DNA from: Tubulanus polymorphus
Taxonomy: Eukaryota; Animalia; Nemertea
DNA: 64,000 bases
Direction of reading: 5' to 3'
Assembly: GCF_964204645.1 (NCBI RefSeq)
Contig: NC_134031.1
Location: forward strand, 18,979,910-19,043,909
Shown here: one piece after another, positions 1-11,968 of the stretch
How the letters are laid out: every line of letters begins with the position of its first letter
Position numbering within the stretch: position 1 is the stretch's first letter
Program-made: the position numbers and the translations under genes
Notes under the pieces: generated by a model
Seen by the model: only the letters and a program-made list of their open reading frames with translations
Told to the model about the DNA's origin: nothing
The model's database searches: none

Positions 1-1258
1 AAAAAGGGACCTCAAGGGATTTACGGAATTTACTTTCTCTCGTAACAGTATCTATTGATACTCGAGTCGCACCTCGTGGATCCTCACTCACCGCAGTAGC
101 ATTCTATGAATTCCTCTCTAGTAACGCGATATCGAGTGATATTTGACATTCGTTGCTTCAAACAGTTGAAAGACCGACCCGATCGTGCCACTACGGCCGT
201 CGCTCGGGATAAAATCTCGCGCTCTCCGATACGACTGAGTCATTGTTCTCATTGGCACTGATATAAATTGATGGCCTGGCGTAGGTACGCTCGCTCACTC
301 GCCGCAGCACCATTGTATCAATTATGGATATGCGTAAGCAGACACCGAGCATTTACGTCGATAAACGCGATTTGTTTTTCTCCCCATCGAAAACCAAAAC
401 ATTGCCACACATACAACATACAATTCACAACATACAACTCACTACTTGCAATTTGCAACTTACAACATAAAATCATTTTTCACATGTTTACAGATGATAT
501 TGTCTTAATGATATATGTTTTCTGTGTCAAAGTTTTTCCTATTGCCTACTTAATGGCAGTAATATTCAATGGTTGATAATAAAAATCCCACAACAAGAAT
601 GAAGAATAAAGTCCTAAAAGCAGCTACAGTTTATTCAACATTTTGAGATCATCCTTATAGTCATTTTCAGGAATACTGAAATATTTCGGTCTTTTTTCAT
701 TCTTAGATTTTATAAATGGTACAACACGGACTCGAAGTTTTTACATCAATAGTTATGGGTTTGAAATCTGGTGGTAGCCGATCGTAACTTATATAGTTTT
801 TTTCATTCGACATTCATCTTATTCATTCTACTCCTCCGGAAATTGAATAAAAACTCGGAGTGGAAAACGTAGATTATCCGGAGGTCTTTTTCAATAAAAA
901 TACAACAGCAGATTAGTTCTTACGGCTCTGCGTGGAAAAAATGTGGACATGCCCGCGGCAAGAGATATTTCGCAAGTAGCGGTGATAATTGTCAAGTTCT
1001 GTTGAGTGTTAACACACGGCTAAGAATCTGTAATTGTCATTTACAATGCTCTATGATTCACCACTTGACAGGGTTCTTACACCTAAGTGAAAAATGGCAT
1101 GTATTGTCCGGCTTCATTAACTACAAAATGTCTTCTTCTTCTGCGATCCACCACCATGTTAATCTCGGACGCGCTTCTTTTTACGCATTGCATCGGGGAC
1201 TTGTACTCCACTCGAATATCATAGAAGTGTTTTACTGCTGCTGAACTTAGGGTCCAGG

Positions 1259-1366
1259 GCCCAGTTCCACAGTTCTGAGTTAAGATTTGACTCCGGGTTA
1301 ACTCATCAAAAATGAACTAACTTTAACTCAGGGTTAACTCTAACTCACGACTGTGGAACTGGGTCC
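1259..1366. mobile_element. Short MITE (CCCAGTTCCACAGT TIR family)
   Basis: TIR CCCAGTTCCACAGT / ACTGTGGAACTGGG. Related ends at ~24995-25385, ~54875-55450, ~58853 and ~59150. Confidence 0.7.
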
Positions 1367-1704
1367 AGTTTTGTAAATAAGTTGTGACTTATAATTGTCG
1401 ATAAGATTAAAAATCCACCAGGTATATGTTTGAAAGGAATACTATTATGTTTAAAAGATTGTAAAAAACCAAACGGAAATTTAATGAATTCATTTGTCCT
1501 CTCCTGTCTATATGTATTGTAAGCAACACATTTTAGATCTTTTGATTAACTGAAATCTTAGTAGCATCAAATCAAAACTTCCAACTCAGATCTTATGAAA
1601 ATTAATTCTAGCCTTTGATTTATCTATAGTGCATGTACACATCCACAGGGGTTAGCCTCTTATTTACTTATCCCTCAAAGATTTACAAAGATCCTCTCTT
1701 TCAG

Positions 1705-4700
1705 GTGTTGACAATTCACGGTCGAACTCGGGATCAGAAACAGCATCTCACTGGAAAGGCCGACTGGGACGTCATCAAGGCTGTGAAGTATGTATATACA
1801 AATCAACCTGAAATATGAAACAGAAACTCTTTGCTGTTTCATGACCTGCTCTGAAACATGAAACACTTTTTTTATTGTGGTGATGTCAGAGTAGTGAAGT
1901 GAAACAAGAACCTTTTGGAAGGGATTCAAATGAATAAAACTAATATTCAATTTGTCATCTAAAATACTGGATATTCCTGACAGGGTGGCCACTGACCTGG
2001 AAAACTCAGGGAATCAGAAAAACCTAGAAGAAATCAGGGAATTTGACAAAAAGATCTGGAAAAATTTGGATATGTTATTGACCACGCATCTCTTTATCAA
2101 TACATCTTAAACAAAGAAATTCCTCGCGTAATTTTGTGTTATAACATGGAAAAATCAGGGAAAACTCGGGGAATTTGTAAATTGGTGCAAAGTGGCGCCA
2201 CCCTGTTTTAGGATATAGCCGAAGCGTTGACTAGCTCAGGTGAACATTTCGGACTAATTGTGAGATATTATATCATCGTTACAGCACTGGTTCAGAGTGT
2301 TTCCAGTTCATGTCTCGTTGTGTGCGCGCTAACGGTTTATAGATTATCAAATTGCGTTGTTGTTGTTTTTCCGTTCGGTTAAACTCGCCAGGTCGGCGGT
2401 CACTGAAGAAAAACACCGCGCACGAATATTGCAAGTGACGTATTGTGTAATGAGGAATTCCCTCGTGAGGGAACCTTATAGGTCACTCGTACGGCAGCAA
2501 TGGTGGCGGGTCTGATTTATGACTCATAGGTGTAGTACGCACAGACTATCGGTATTTCAGACGACCTGTCATCATCGCCGTGACGACGATGAGGTCGTTA
2601 TTGAATCTATATCTGATTATTGCACGATTCCCTCGATTCGCGGTTGGAAATGTTTTTCAGATCGTTTTTCATTGTTCTCTAGTTAACGTATGACCTGGGG
2701 CGGGGACTCCGTTGGGATCCCGGGACGGGGGGCTTCACAGGGGGATATAACATACTACATTTCTTCTATCGAAACGAACAAATCGTTAACAGATTTTGCA
2801 TTCTCTTCTTTAAACTATGAGATTTCAATTTGTGGGGATATATATTGGAACATTTCAATTTTGTGGCCATTCCTCCTGATAGTGGCATCGATCCCTCCTC
2901 TCTCCTTTTGTTCCGAAACTTCCGAAACTTCTTAAACTAGTTTTGGAGGTGTGTGATTATTCATTGAAACTTTTTTTACCCTCCTCCCTCCGTCCCGACA
3001 TTTCATCAATGTCTACATCACGATAACATAGAGAGACACAGATTAGCTTCGTTCCTTTATGACTAATACTCTCTGATTGGTCGGTTGGTTGGTTGGTGAT
3101 CATCATGTCTCATTCATTGTCGACAGAAAGAAGAATCGTAAATTGTTTGATTTGTGTTCGTCGAAACGCAGCATGAAAATGTTAGTCAGAAACCAATTGT
3201 AGCTTATTAAACGACCGTGTTGTTACTGTGTCTCTTTCTTCCCTTATTCGATTTCAGTTGCTGCTTTAGTTAGAGTACGAAACATTGTTTTCTTCTTTCG
3301 AAGTTAGGTTCATGTTGCGAACATCCATTACTGTAAGGTCGAAGGCCCTGAGAAACTCAACTAATCAAACTACCGTTAGTTACAGTATCACAACACATTG
3401 TCCTAAAGCGTCCGAGTCTTGGGTTCTTTGTTTACTAGTTTACTTGATTTCAGAAAAAGCATCCTGAAATCCCCTATGACATCACTGAATGGTGTTATAG
3501 AATCAAAGTGAAAAGAAAAATAGCAGCCACTTTCAGCCACACTATTCATAATGGCTTTTCAAATTAAGTTGACAACATTTGATGATATCTTTGGAAGAGA
3601 TTTAAGGAGCTTCTATTTTTGATTTCAGAAAAAGCAGCCTCCTAAATTGCCTTATGACCTCACTATAAAATGATGTTATAGAATCAAAGTAAATCTCATT
3701 TAAAGAATAAAAATCTTGACTTTGTCGGCAACATTTATTGAAAAATCTTAACTAATTTTAGCCAATTAGCTTTACTAGTTGAGAGAACCACAACCGCTTG
3801 GCTTTGTTTGTTGCATTTGTGTTTTGAAAGATAGTGGAGATTTTAAGAATAATGGCCACCACTTAAACACTATTCATAATGTCGTTTCATGTTAAGTTGG
3901 CAACATTTGACGATATCTTTGTGAGATTTAAGGAGCTTCTACAACGAGCCTGCCTTGATATGATGAAAATTCTAAATCTTCCAGTATTTTTATTTGGCAC
4001 CGATGCCCTTTTACCTGAGGGTGAAAGTTCAATCAATAAAGGCAGCTCTTCTCTTGTCAACCAGTTCCAATATTCTCATTCACCCATCTCTCCGCGATCT
4101 GCAGTTTCTTTTGATCTGACGGAGCCTTTATAGTTGATGAGAAATGATTCACTAACCATCAAACCGAAAGAGACGAGAGAGAGTTGTGAGTTGTGAGTGA
4201 CCTGATCACTTTGTGACTATCAGGATTTCTATGAATTGCGTAATATAAACTCACGTCAACATCTTATCATTGGCTTTTGATTTTAGACGAGGAGTTGCTA
4301 AACCATTATCCAGTTACGTACTTGTCAATGTAAATGGCAAAATTATATTAAATTTCTTCTCGTATTTTCAGGCAAGCTGTCGGTATTCCTGTGATTGCGA
4401 ATGGCAATATTTTAGATTTTAACGATATAGAAGATTGTTTACGGTATACGGGAGCTGATGCTGTCATGTCGGCTGGTAGGTTCTTGCTCTAAGGTTCAGT
4501 GCAGGACTTTCAGTGCATAGTTGTTTATTTCACCCTAAAACGTGAAACAGGTCGTACTCTGTAGGTTTACTGTTTCTATTAGGAATCACATGCTTTAAAT
4601 GTAGTACTAAGAAGCTTCATCAGGTGAATGAGTTAAGTCGATGAAGAAACAATAGTGTTTATAGGGAGACTGTCACTGATTCGAGTACTGCCTGTTTTCA

Positions 4701-5247
4701 CTTCCACTTTGACACCAGCTTAACAAATTTCACAGTGCCTTAGAGACCAGGAACTAACACTGTATAGGACACTAACAATGGTATTGATGATAATAGTAAA
4801 AAGTTTATTAATTTTCAGAGGCTATTCTCCACAACCCAGCTTTATTTAGTGGTAAAAACCCAAACGTCTGCGAGATGGCTGAAGAGTTTTTAAATCTGTG
4901 TTACGTCCATTCGACAGATATTGGACATGTTAGGACCCATCTGTTCTGGTTGTTTGCATACAGGTAAAAATAGCAAAAAAAGATTGTTTTTAAATAACAA
5001 CATTTTTCCCGCTGAAAATACAAGAAAATTCCTCATTATCACTTGATGTTTTTTCAGTTTACCCAGTTTTCCGGATTTACAAATGCAACTGGGAATGGCG
5101 AACACGATGGATAAATTGAAGGATGTCGTTAACAAGTTAAAACAGTGTTTACTGCTAATGAAAGAGACATACTCATCTAGTGACAGTGATAGATATACCC
5201 TCGAGCCTTGGATCTGTCACTCTAGACCTCGAGTTAAGAATAAATGG
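1705..5247 (+). CDS. DUS1L: tRNA-dihydrouridine(16/17) synthase 1-like, 3' exons only (5' exons not found, presumably upstream of the window)
   Basis: Phase-compatible GT-AG exons 1705-1787, 4372-4475, 4819-~4963 and 5058-~5247 translate to [28 protein letters not shown] / [13 protein letters not shown]...TGADAVMSA / [10 protein letters not shown]...HLFWLF / ...[10 protein letters not shown]. These are Dus1-family motifs (HGRT, ANGNI, MSAE.L.NPALF, WIC). Confidence 0.9.
1981..2204. mobile_element. MITE (CAGGGTGGC TIR family with GGAAAA/CAGGGAATT subrepeats)
   Basis: CAGGGTGGC ... GCCACCCTG. Degenerate relatives at ~25014-25255, ~40600-40846, ~44240-44570 and ~46229-46437. Confidence 0.65.
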
Positions 5248-5586
5248 TGACTATACTTTGTAGAGCAATGTCTTGAAGTTGAAGTTTATTTTCATTAGCT
5301 ACAATCGAAGAACATTCATCAAAATACTTGAAACTCGGCAAATTGTTAACGTCATCTATAGTAAGATAATGATTTTTTTGGAACCAGTAACAAAGTCACG
5401 AATTATAAAGTACAAATATTGTCTCAAATCTAAAAACAGGTCTTAAGCTGTTTTATTGGCTATTAAACGAAGAAAAGCGTCTAAATCTTGAATAAGCAAC
5501 TGGCCAGCAGATTGGCTTCGTGAAGTGTTATTATTGAGAAAATTAACTAATGATTTAATTGAAATTATTTTTTTTTCTATTTGTAG

Positions 5587-8573
5587 CGATGGAACTACAG
5601 TGAGATGTAACATTCAAGGTCGAGATGTGTCGGAAACTAAAACTGCTGTCGAACATTCAAATATCGGAGCTGATTGTGAAGAAAATGATCTGAATTTAAT
5701 GCATTTATGGTCGGATTCTGACGGCGACTCAGAAGAGAGTGAAAATAATACCTTATCTGTAAGTTCAGTAATTACCTACCGATATATACCCTACTTAATT
5801 CAGTTGCGAAGAATAAGAAATTCTCTTTACGTTGGGAATAGAATGTTGACAAGGCTAGAGTTTCTAAAGCACAAAAAAGCAGAAGATTTTTATGGATTTT
5901 TTGTTCAAGATTTTCGGTTGAAAAAAGAATTCGAAGTTTTTGATAAATTCAGCAGTTCTGTCATTGAGGGTTTGACAACCTTAATTCAGTTGTGAACGAA
6001 TTGAACAAACATGCATTTTCAGAAAGGGGAGAAGAAGCAATTGCGCTCGGAGCAGAAAATCGCCGGTAAGAAAATACGCAGAAAGAAACAACTGATGAAC
6101 CGACGCCAGAAAATACGAGAAGAGCGTCTGCAATTACGAGGTGAAAATCATTTTCAAGAAGTGTCAGTAGTCGAGTCATTTTCGAGGAGATGATGGTAAC
6201 TCAGACTTGTTCATTATTTTTGGTGTTTTCTCATCAAATAGTTTATCAATCTCGAGTCCAAATAAAATGATAACATAAAGACACTACTTTTTCACAAAAA
6301 CCATTGATTTATAAGATTGTCGATGATTATATAGTAAACTGGTAAGTTAACTGATTTGTTGTTGAAGTTCAGTAATGTAAATGAAGTCCTTAGGATATTT
6401 TCTTAAATATATATAACTTTATTTGGAGGAAAATATAGAAATATAAAATTTTGCTGAGCTTTACAAATCTTAGATTTAGATATTAGACTCAATAGCTGAT
6501 TATTGAAGTGTGATTTCTGGTTTGTTTAGAGGTCGGTGAAGCTGAAAGTGAACATATATCGAAATATGACAAGAGACAAATAACGAATGAACGTTTAAAA
6601 GAAGCATTGAAAACAGGATTAAGAGTTTGTATCGATCTCAGTTTAGAAGACACAATGAGCAAAAAGGTAAAGAAGCTGAAAGAATTCTTTTGTCGGTGGT
6701 TGCAATCACTGTCTCTTCTCGAATGGTCCAGGCAGCATTTTACCAATACTACTGAATGGCTTAGCATCAAAATGTGAAGTGACATCGATCGCCTTATACG
6801 GTTATCAATCTGCAATCGGCCCTCAGACAACAGACAAATTAAGCGAAATCAAATTTCTGTCGGCTTTCCGAGACCATAGTACCGTCCTTACAAAAGCTAT
6901 TCGTCAAAAGCTCCCAAAGCCTCCTTGAATAATATGGGAGTAGGCAGCAGATTGATACCTGAATTAGTACCTCTGTCTAATACTGATGTAACACTAAAGA
7001 TGATGGATATATTGTATTTAAGGAATGCAGTCGACTCGCTCAACAGTTGTGTAGATTGTATGGATACAATCGTCAATCAGAAAACCCACTTTCGCTTCAT
7101 TTTACCGGCTTTGATAAATGTGGAATATTGTACAAAGAATGTCAGCGAAAAAATGACGGTTTCGAACAATACATCGTGAGTTTAGAAATAGATTTTTCGT
7201 TTCATGCTCTAAAATGTCAGGAATTGGTTCCACAGTTTTTACAGAGATTCGCAGTTTCTTAGGGGGGAAAATCAGGGATTTCCGTATTTATTTTTCCCTG
7301 ATTGGAGAATCGGGGAATTCTGACTCGTGTCTTTGAAATCATCAGGGAAAGGTCAAAGATTTTGAATTGTTGGCCTCTTGTTGTGGTGATGAGTGGAACC
7401 TTTTGATTAGAAACAGCCCCCACTGAGGATATCAGGGAATTTTGATAAAAAATCAGGGAAGATATAAGGGAATTTGGATTTTCTGATCTGTAAGAAACCT
7501 GCAACTGAAAATGGACGGATCTTAACTCCGTAGTGTCGGGCTTAGAACTGTTGGACTGAGTGTAATGAAATGTTGTTGAATTCAGGAAAGAATTTGCCCC
7601 TGACTCCGAACTGAAATTAAAATGTTGTTTATCTTGTTTTTGTCAGGTGAATATGCACGAGGAATTGCACGGTGATATTTTCGATCCGGCGGATATCGTT
7701 TATCTTTCGCCCGATTCTGAGAATGTTTTAGAAGATCTCGATATATCGAAGGTCTATATGATTGGAGGATTGGTTGATGAGAGTGTCACGAAGGTATGAG
7801 TCTTATTTTCGAATTTATCTTAGCAGTTATATTCAATTTCAGCACACATATTTTAATTTGAAGCTCCCAAGACCCATTTTCACAGACTATGAAAGATCAA
7901 ATTAGTTCATTTTCTGGCCTAATTTTCACAGGTCTTGATTGAAAACTAACTTTTGAATTGATTGAGCGAGAATTAAACAATACGTGAGCACAGTCAAGAC
8001 TTAGATTTCAGACCAGTCTAAGATATCTTAGTCTATAGCCATCCTTATAACTTCAAACTAGTCTTACGATTCAAGATCATTGGACTTTACACACGACTAC
8101 ACAACTGGTATCTAACTTAATTTTAGTCAGATTCAACTCAGAACTGAACAGACCTGGTCACCGTTGTTTTGTACATATCCTCACATTTTCTTTTCCTTGT
8201 ATTTCTTTTTTTCAGAACATAACACAAAGTCGAGCGAATTCTAGTCATATTCAAACAGCCCGGTTACCTATAGATGAATACATGGTGAAAGCTGATGTGG
8301 GAACTTACAGTCAAATTCTAGCTCCAAATCAAGGTATTGTATGCAATGTTTTATGCTCGAAACAAAGTTGAAAATATACCATTTAGAACGAAGTACTTTT
8401 ATATTGCCTCATTGAATAGATATTCTTTCACCGTGTCAATTTATGCGTTTTTCACTTTTGCAGTCTTTCAAATTCTTTTGACGTACTACGCGACGCGAAG
8501 TTGGCCGAAAGCATTTCAAACCGGTATTCCAGCGAGAAAAGGTTTCATTGTCGACGAAGCCTACAAATTATGA
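5587..8573 (+). CDS. TRMT10B: tRNA methyltransferase 10 homolog B-like (SPOUT Trm10 family); probably the C-terminal part of a DUS1L-TRMT10B fusion
   Basis: Exons 5587-5758, 6023-6140, 6530-6666, 7023-7175, 7647-7793, 8216-8333 and 8464-8573 join in phase. Motifs: RVCIDLSLEDTMSKKE, RLAQQLCRLYGYNR, IVYLSPDSENVL, VYMIGGLVDESV, TARLPIDEYM, ILAPNQVFQIL, W..A...GIPARKGF. Confidence 0.9.
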
Positions 8574-9591
8574 CACGATGACAATTTGTAATTATAAGGT
8601 TTAAAAAGATTGGGAGAAAATGAAATGAATAAATCGATATTTTTATGCTAATTTTATCCGTCTAATCTTCGGTTGGCTCTGTTCCAGTAATCGTTAAACT
8701 AGACGTAAAACGTTGCTGTTTTCTTTGAGGTATTTTTGTCACCCTATTATGTAAGAAACATGTTGATTGATTCATACGTGTCTAAGTCTGTTGAAATACC
8801 CGAAGCTTGCCTGGGCCCCGTGTTGCGTATCTACCCTATGATGTATTTAATCGGATTTGAAAACGACCTAGAAACAATGTATCAACACTAGATCGTAATG
8901 GAATGATATCAATTGAAGCGGGTTGAACGCGGGTAGTGCAGGAGTGAAAGAATTCGATTCAAGCCTCAAACTATGAAATCACCCCCAATTGATTGACAAG
9001 AAGCGAAGGAAGTCATGTACACGCCTTGCGCTATTTTCACAGTAATACACCCCAAGATGAGGGACACAGTGTGAGCCTAGGGCACATCATGGGCACAAGA
9101 ATAGTTACAATAATAGTAAAACTAATAATAAAAGAATAAGTAAATGATAATAACAATAATAATTTTAATTTTTGATAAATCAATTTACCCGGTACTTTTC
9201 AATCTTTCAAATTCATCGCGTACACAAGCCATTTGATCGAGTCTAAAGCCGTTTATAGTCTTAGGAGAATGAGACCCCCAGACAGTATGCGAATAGATGT
9301 TAACCACTGACCAAGCCGACTGGTTAGCACGCTTGCGTTCTACGTACGAGACTCAGACATTGCGTCACGTGTCAAACACGTGAACAGTTGCAGGACTGGT
9401 TTATGGTTGACAACTTTTGAAATCCTTTAACAACCGTTGACTCGTTTCAGGCATGTCTGGATGGTTTTTTTTTAATCGTAAGTGCTTTAATAGATTCGCC
9501 TTAACAAACGCGAAGTCTTTCATTCTCAATTCGACAACGACAGTAACCGGACGCATTCCTCATAAACCCTTCCTCCTCTAGACCTCTGATC

Positions 9592-11029
9592 ATGTCTGCC
9601 AACTCAGTACCCATGGACCAGTATGATGACGGTATTGCTGCTGAATTATACGATGCCTATGTCGGCTGCCGTCCGGACGCCTATAACCAGTGGATTTGTA
9701 AAAATCTCAAAGAACATAACTGCGAAACTGTTTTGGACGCCGCTTGCGGAACAGGGTAAGGAAAGCGTGTATCACGCGGAAAAGGATGAGACGCGAAACA
9801 AAAACACATAATTTCTTTCAATTTTCTATCCATACTCGTTTAGGATCGATTCGGTGATGTTGATTAATCAGGGTTTTCAAGTGACCAGCACCGATTACAG
9901 CGATCAAATGTTGAAATACGCGTTCAAAAGAAGATGGACGAACAGAAAAGACGAACGTTTCGAAAACTGGGGTAAGACCGTAGCGCGAGGAGTCGCATGG
10001 AGAGATTTCAACCCGGGATAACGCAACCTCGATTTCCATCTATTTCTAGTGATAGAACAGGCGAATTGGTTAACACTGGCTGACGATCTCGAGAACGCCG
10101 GAGTTGCCGCGGTTCGTACCGGGTTCGACGCCGTTATCTGTTTGGGAAATTCGTTCGCGCATTTGCCAGATACCGACGGCGATCAGCGAAGTCATAAGCG
10201 GGCGATGGCGAACCTGGCATCGATGGTCAAACCGGGTGGAATTCTGCTGATAGACCATCGAAACTACGACGGGATTCTTAAAACTGGAGTCGCTCCTCAA
10301 GGACGAACACCTCATATAAACGTATGTACAGTCAACCCTAGATATACCAACATGTATTCTAAAAACCAATCATTGGACCTGACATTTCGGATTCTCATTG
10401 ATATTATATTAAGTTGGGATTGTCTATTCACCACATCCAATAGTAATCATATATACATGTACTATAGATCATATGAAGTCTTGACTGAACAGATTTTAGA
10501 TATTCATCATCATTGGCTCCTTCAGTCTTTCGACCATGGATAAACAGCGCCGCAGAGAGTTCAGTTTAAATCCTAGCGTCTTAGATATTGCTGTTTGATA
10601 TAAGGTAGTGTTTTTCTTTTCTATGCAGAGCCAATTCGTACGCGATATCAAGTGTTTCAATTTGTTCGTCGACGGTAAACCGGCTTCGGTGACGCTCGAG
10701 TATGTTTTCGACATGGAAAAATTACTGAAAGCGAGAAATGGATTCAGTAAAAGCGACCTCAAAAAATGGTAAATAGAATATTAAATTTTTTCTATTCACC
10801 TAGTCAGACTGTTATATATATATATATGCTAACTATCTCGTTTTTCAGCAACCCTAAATTTCGTTTGACCTACTACCCTCATGAGCGCGAGACATTCACG
10901 GCTATGTTAGAAGAAGCATTTGGACCCGACTGTAAATACGAGGTTTTCGCCGATTTTTCTAAATTAGGCGAACTGGAGTCACCCGCCTACTATCATTACC
11001 TAATTCAAAAACCTGCATTAAATCAATAG
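9592..11029 (+). CDS. GNMT: Glycine N-methyltransferase-like protein
   Basis: Exons 9592-9755, 9844-9971, 10050-10321, 10629-10768 and 10849-11029 are in phase. Motifs: DQYDDG, VLDAACGTGIDSVML, IEQANWLTL, FDAVICLGNSFAHLPD, LIDHRNYD, FRLTYYPH. Confidence 0.88.
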
Positions 11030-11968
11030 GTAAACTATAATCTATAATGATGATTTTAGTGTGTGGTAATTGAACACGTCCCACAATTCGTATTTTATAT
11101 GATAGAATTTCCAACCATATTTGAATTGAATACACTCACAATCCTCTTTGCGTATTTTTGGTAATCGATGTTGTGCAGAAACTCGTTCTAAAATGTATAT
11201 TTACGTTTTAAAAATTCATGATATTAAGAAATTATTATATAAACTGAATTGTAAGATTATCATTATAAATTATAATATAAACATTAATAAATGAATGATT
11301 GATTAATGTTATACACCGATCTTGTTCATTTTGTCGGACTTTTTTCGACGGTTTTAAAGGAGGACGATGGTTCAACGCGCTGCGGAGAATTCTGCCAACC
11401 AATTCATCATAGATCTGCGCATTGATCCCTCCCACACCCGACGGCTAAAAGTAGCCCAATCTGCTATAGATCACTTTCACTAACCTGGGTAATGCGAGAT
11501 TTCAATACGATTCATGCACGATGAACGAAAAGATCAACAACAAACAACAACAAAATAAACGATCCCTCTACCAGCCAACCTAGTAGAATCAAGTGACAGA
11601 ACATATATACTTAAGTTATCATCCAGCCTTTTACTTGGTAGCCTCACAGATACGATACGAAAAACCAGTCTTGAAAATCATACATATCAATTAAAAAGCT
11701 TGCGAACAATGAATTTTGACAAATTTATTTTGTTTTTTATCGATACGGCAACCTTTCTATCGTCTGTCAAAGTATCTCTTTGTAATTATTAAAAGAAACT
11801 CGGCCGGTGTCGAAATGTCACGACACTTCAAACTAAAAAAGTAGGTCAATAAAACTAAACCTTTGAAATATATGTTAATAGTGTCGACTATAAGAGTGAT
11901 TATATCATACATTTCAAACATTTGAATATTGTATTGTTCTCCATTGGATCAGTTTTATTTGATAAACT

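Noticed and set aside
5248-5300. TGA-CTA stop-codon readthrough context after DUS1L
   Set aside because: Readthrough would add only about 14 residues before a TAG and would not reach TRMT10B. Splicing explains the link better.
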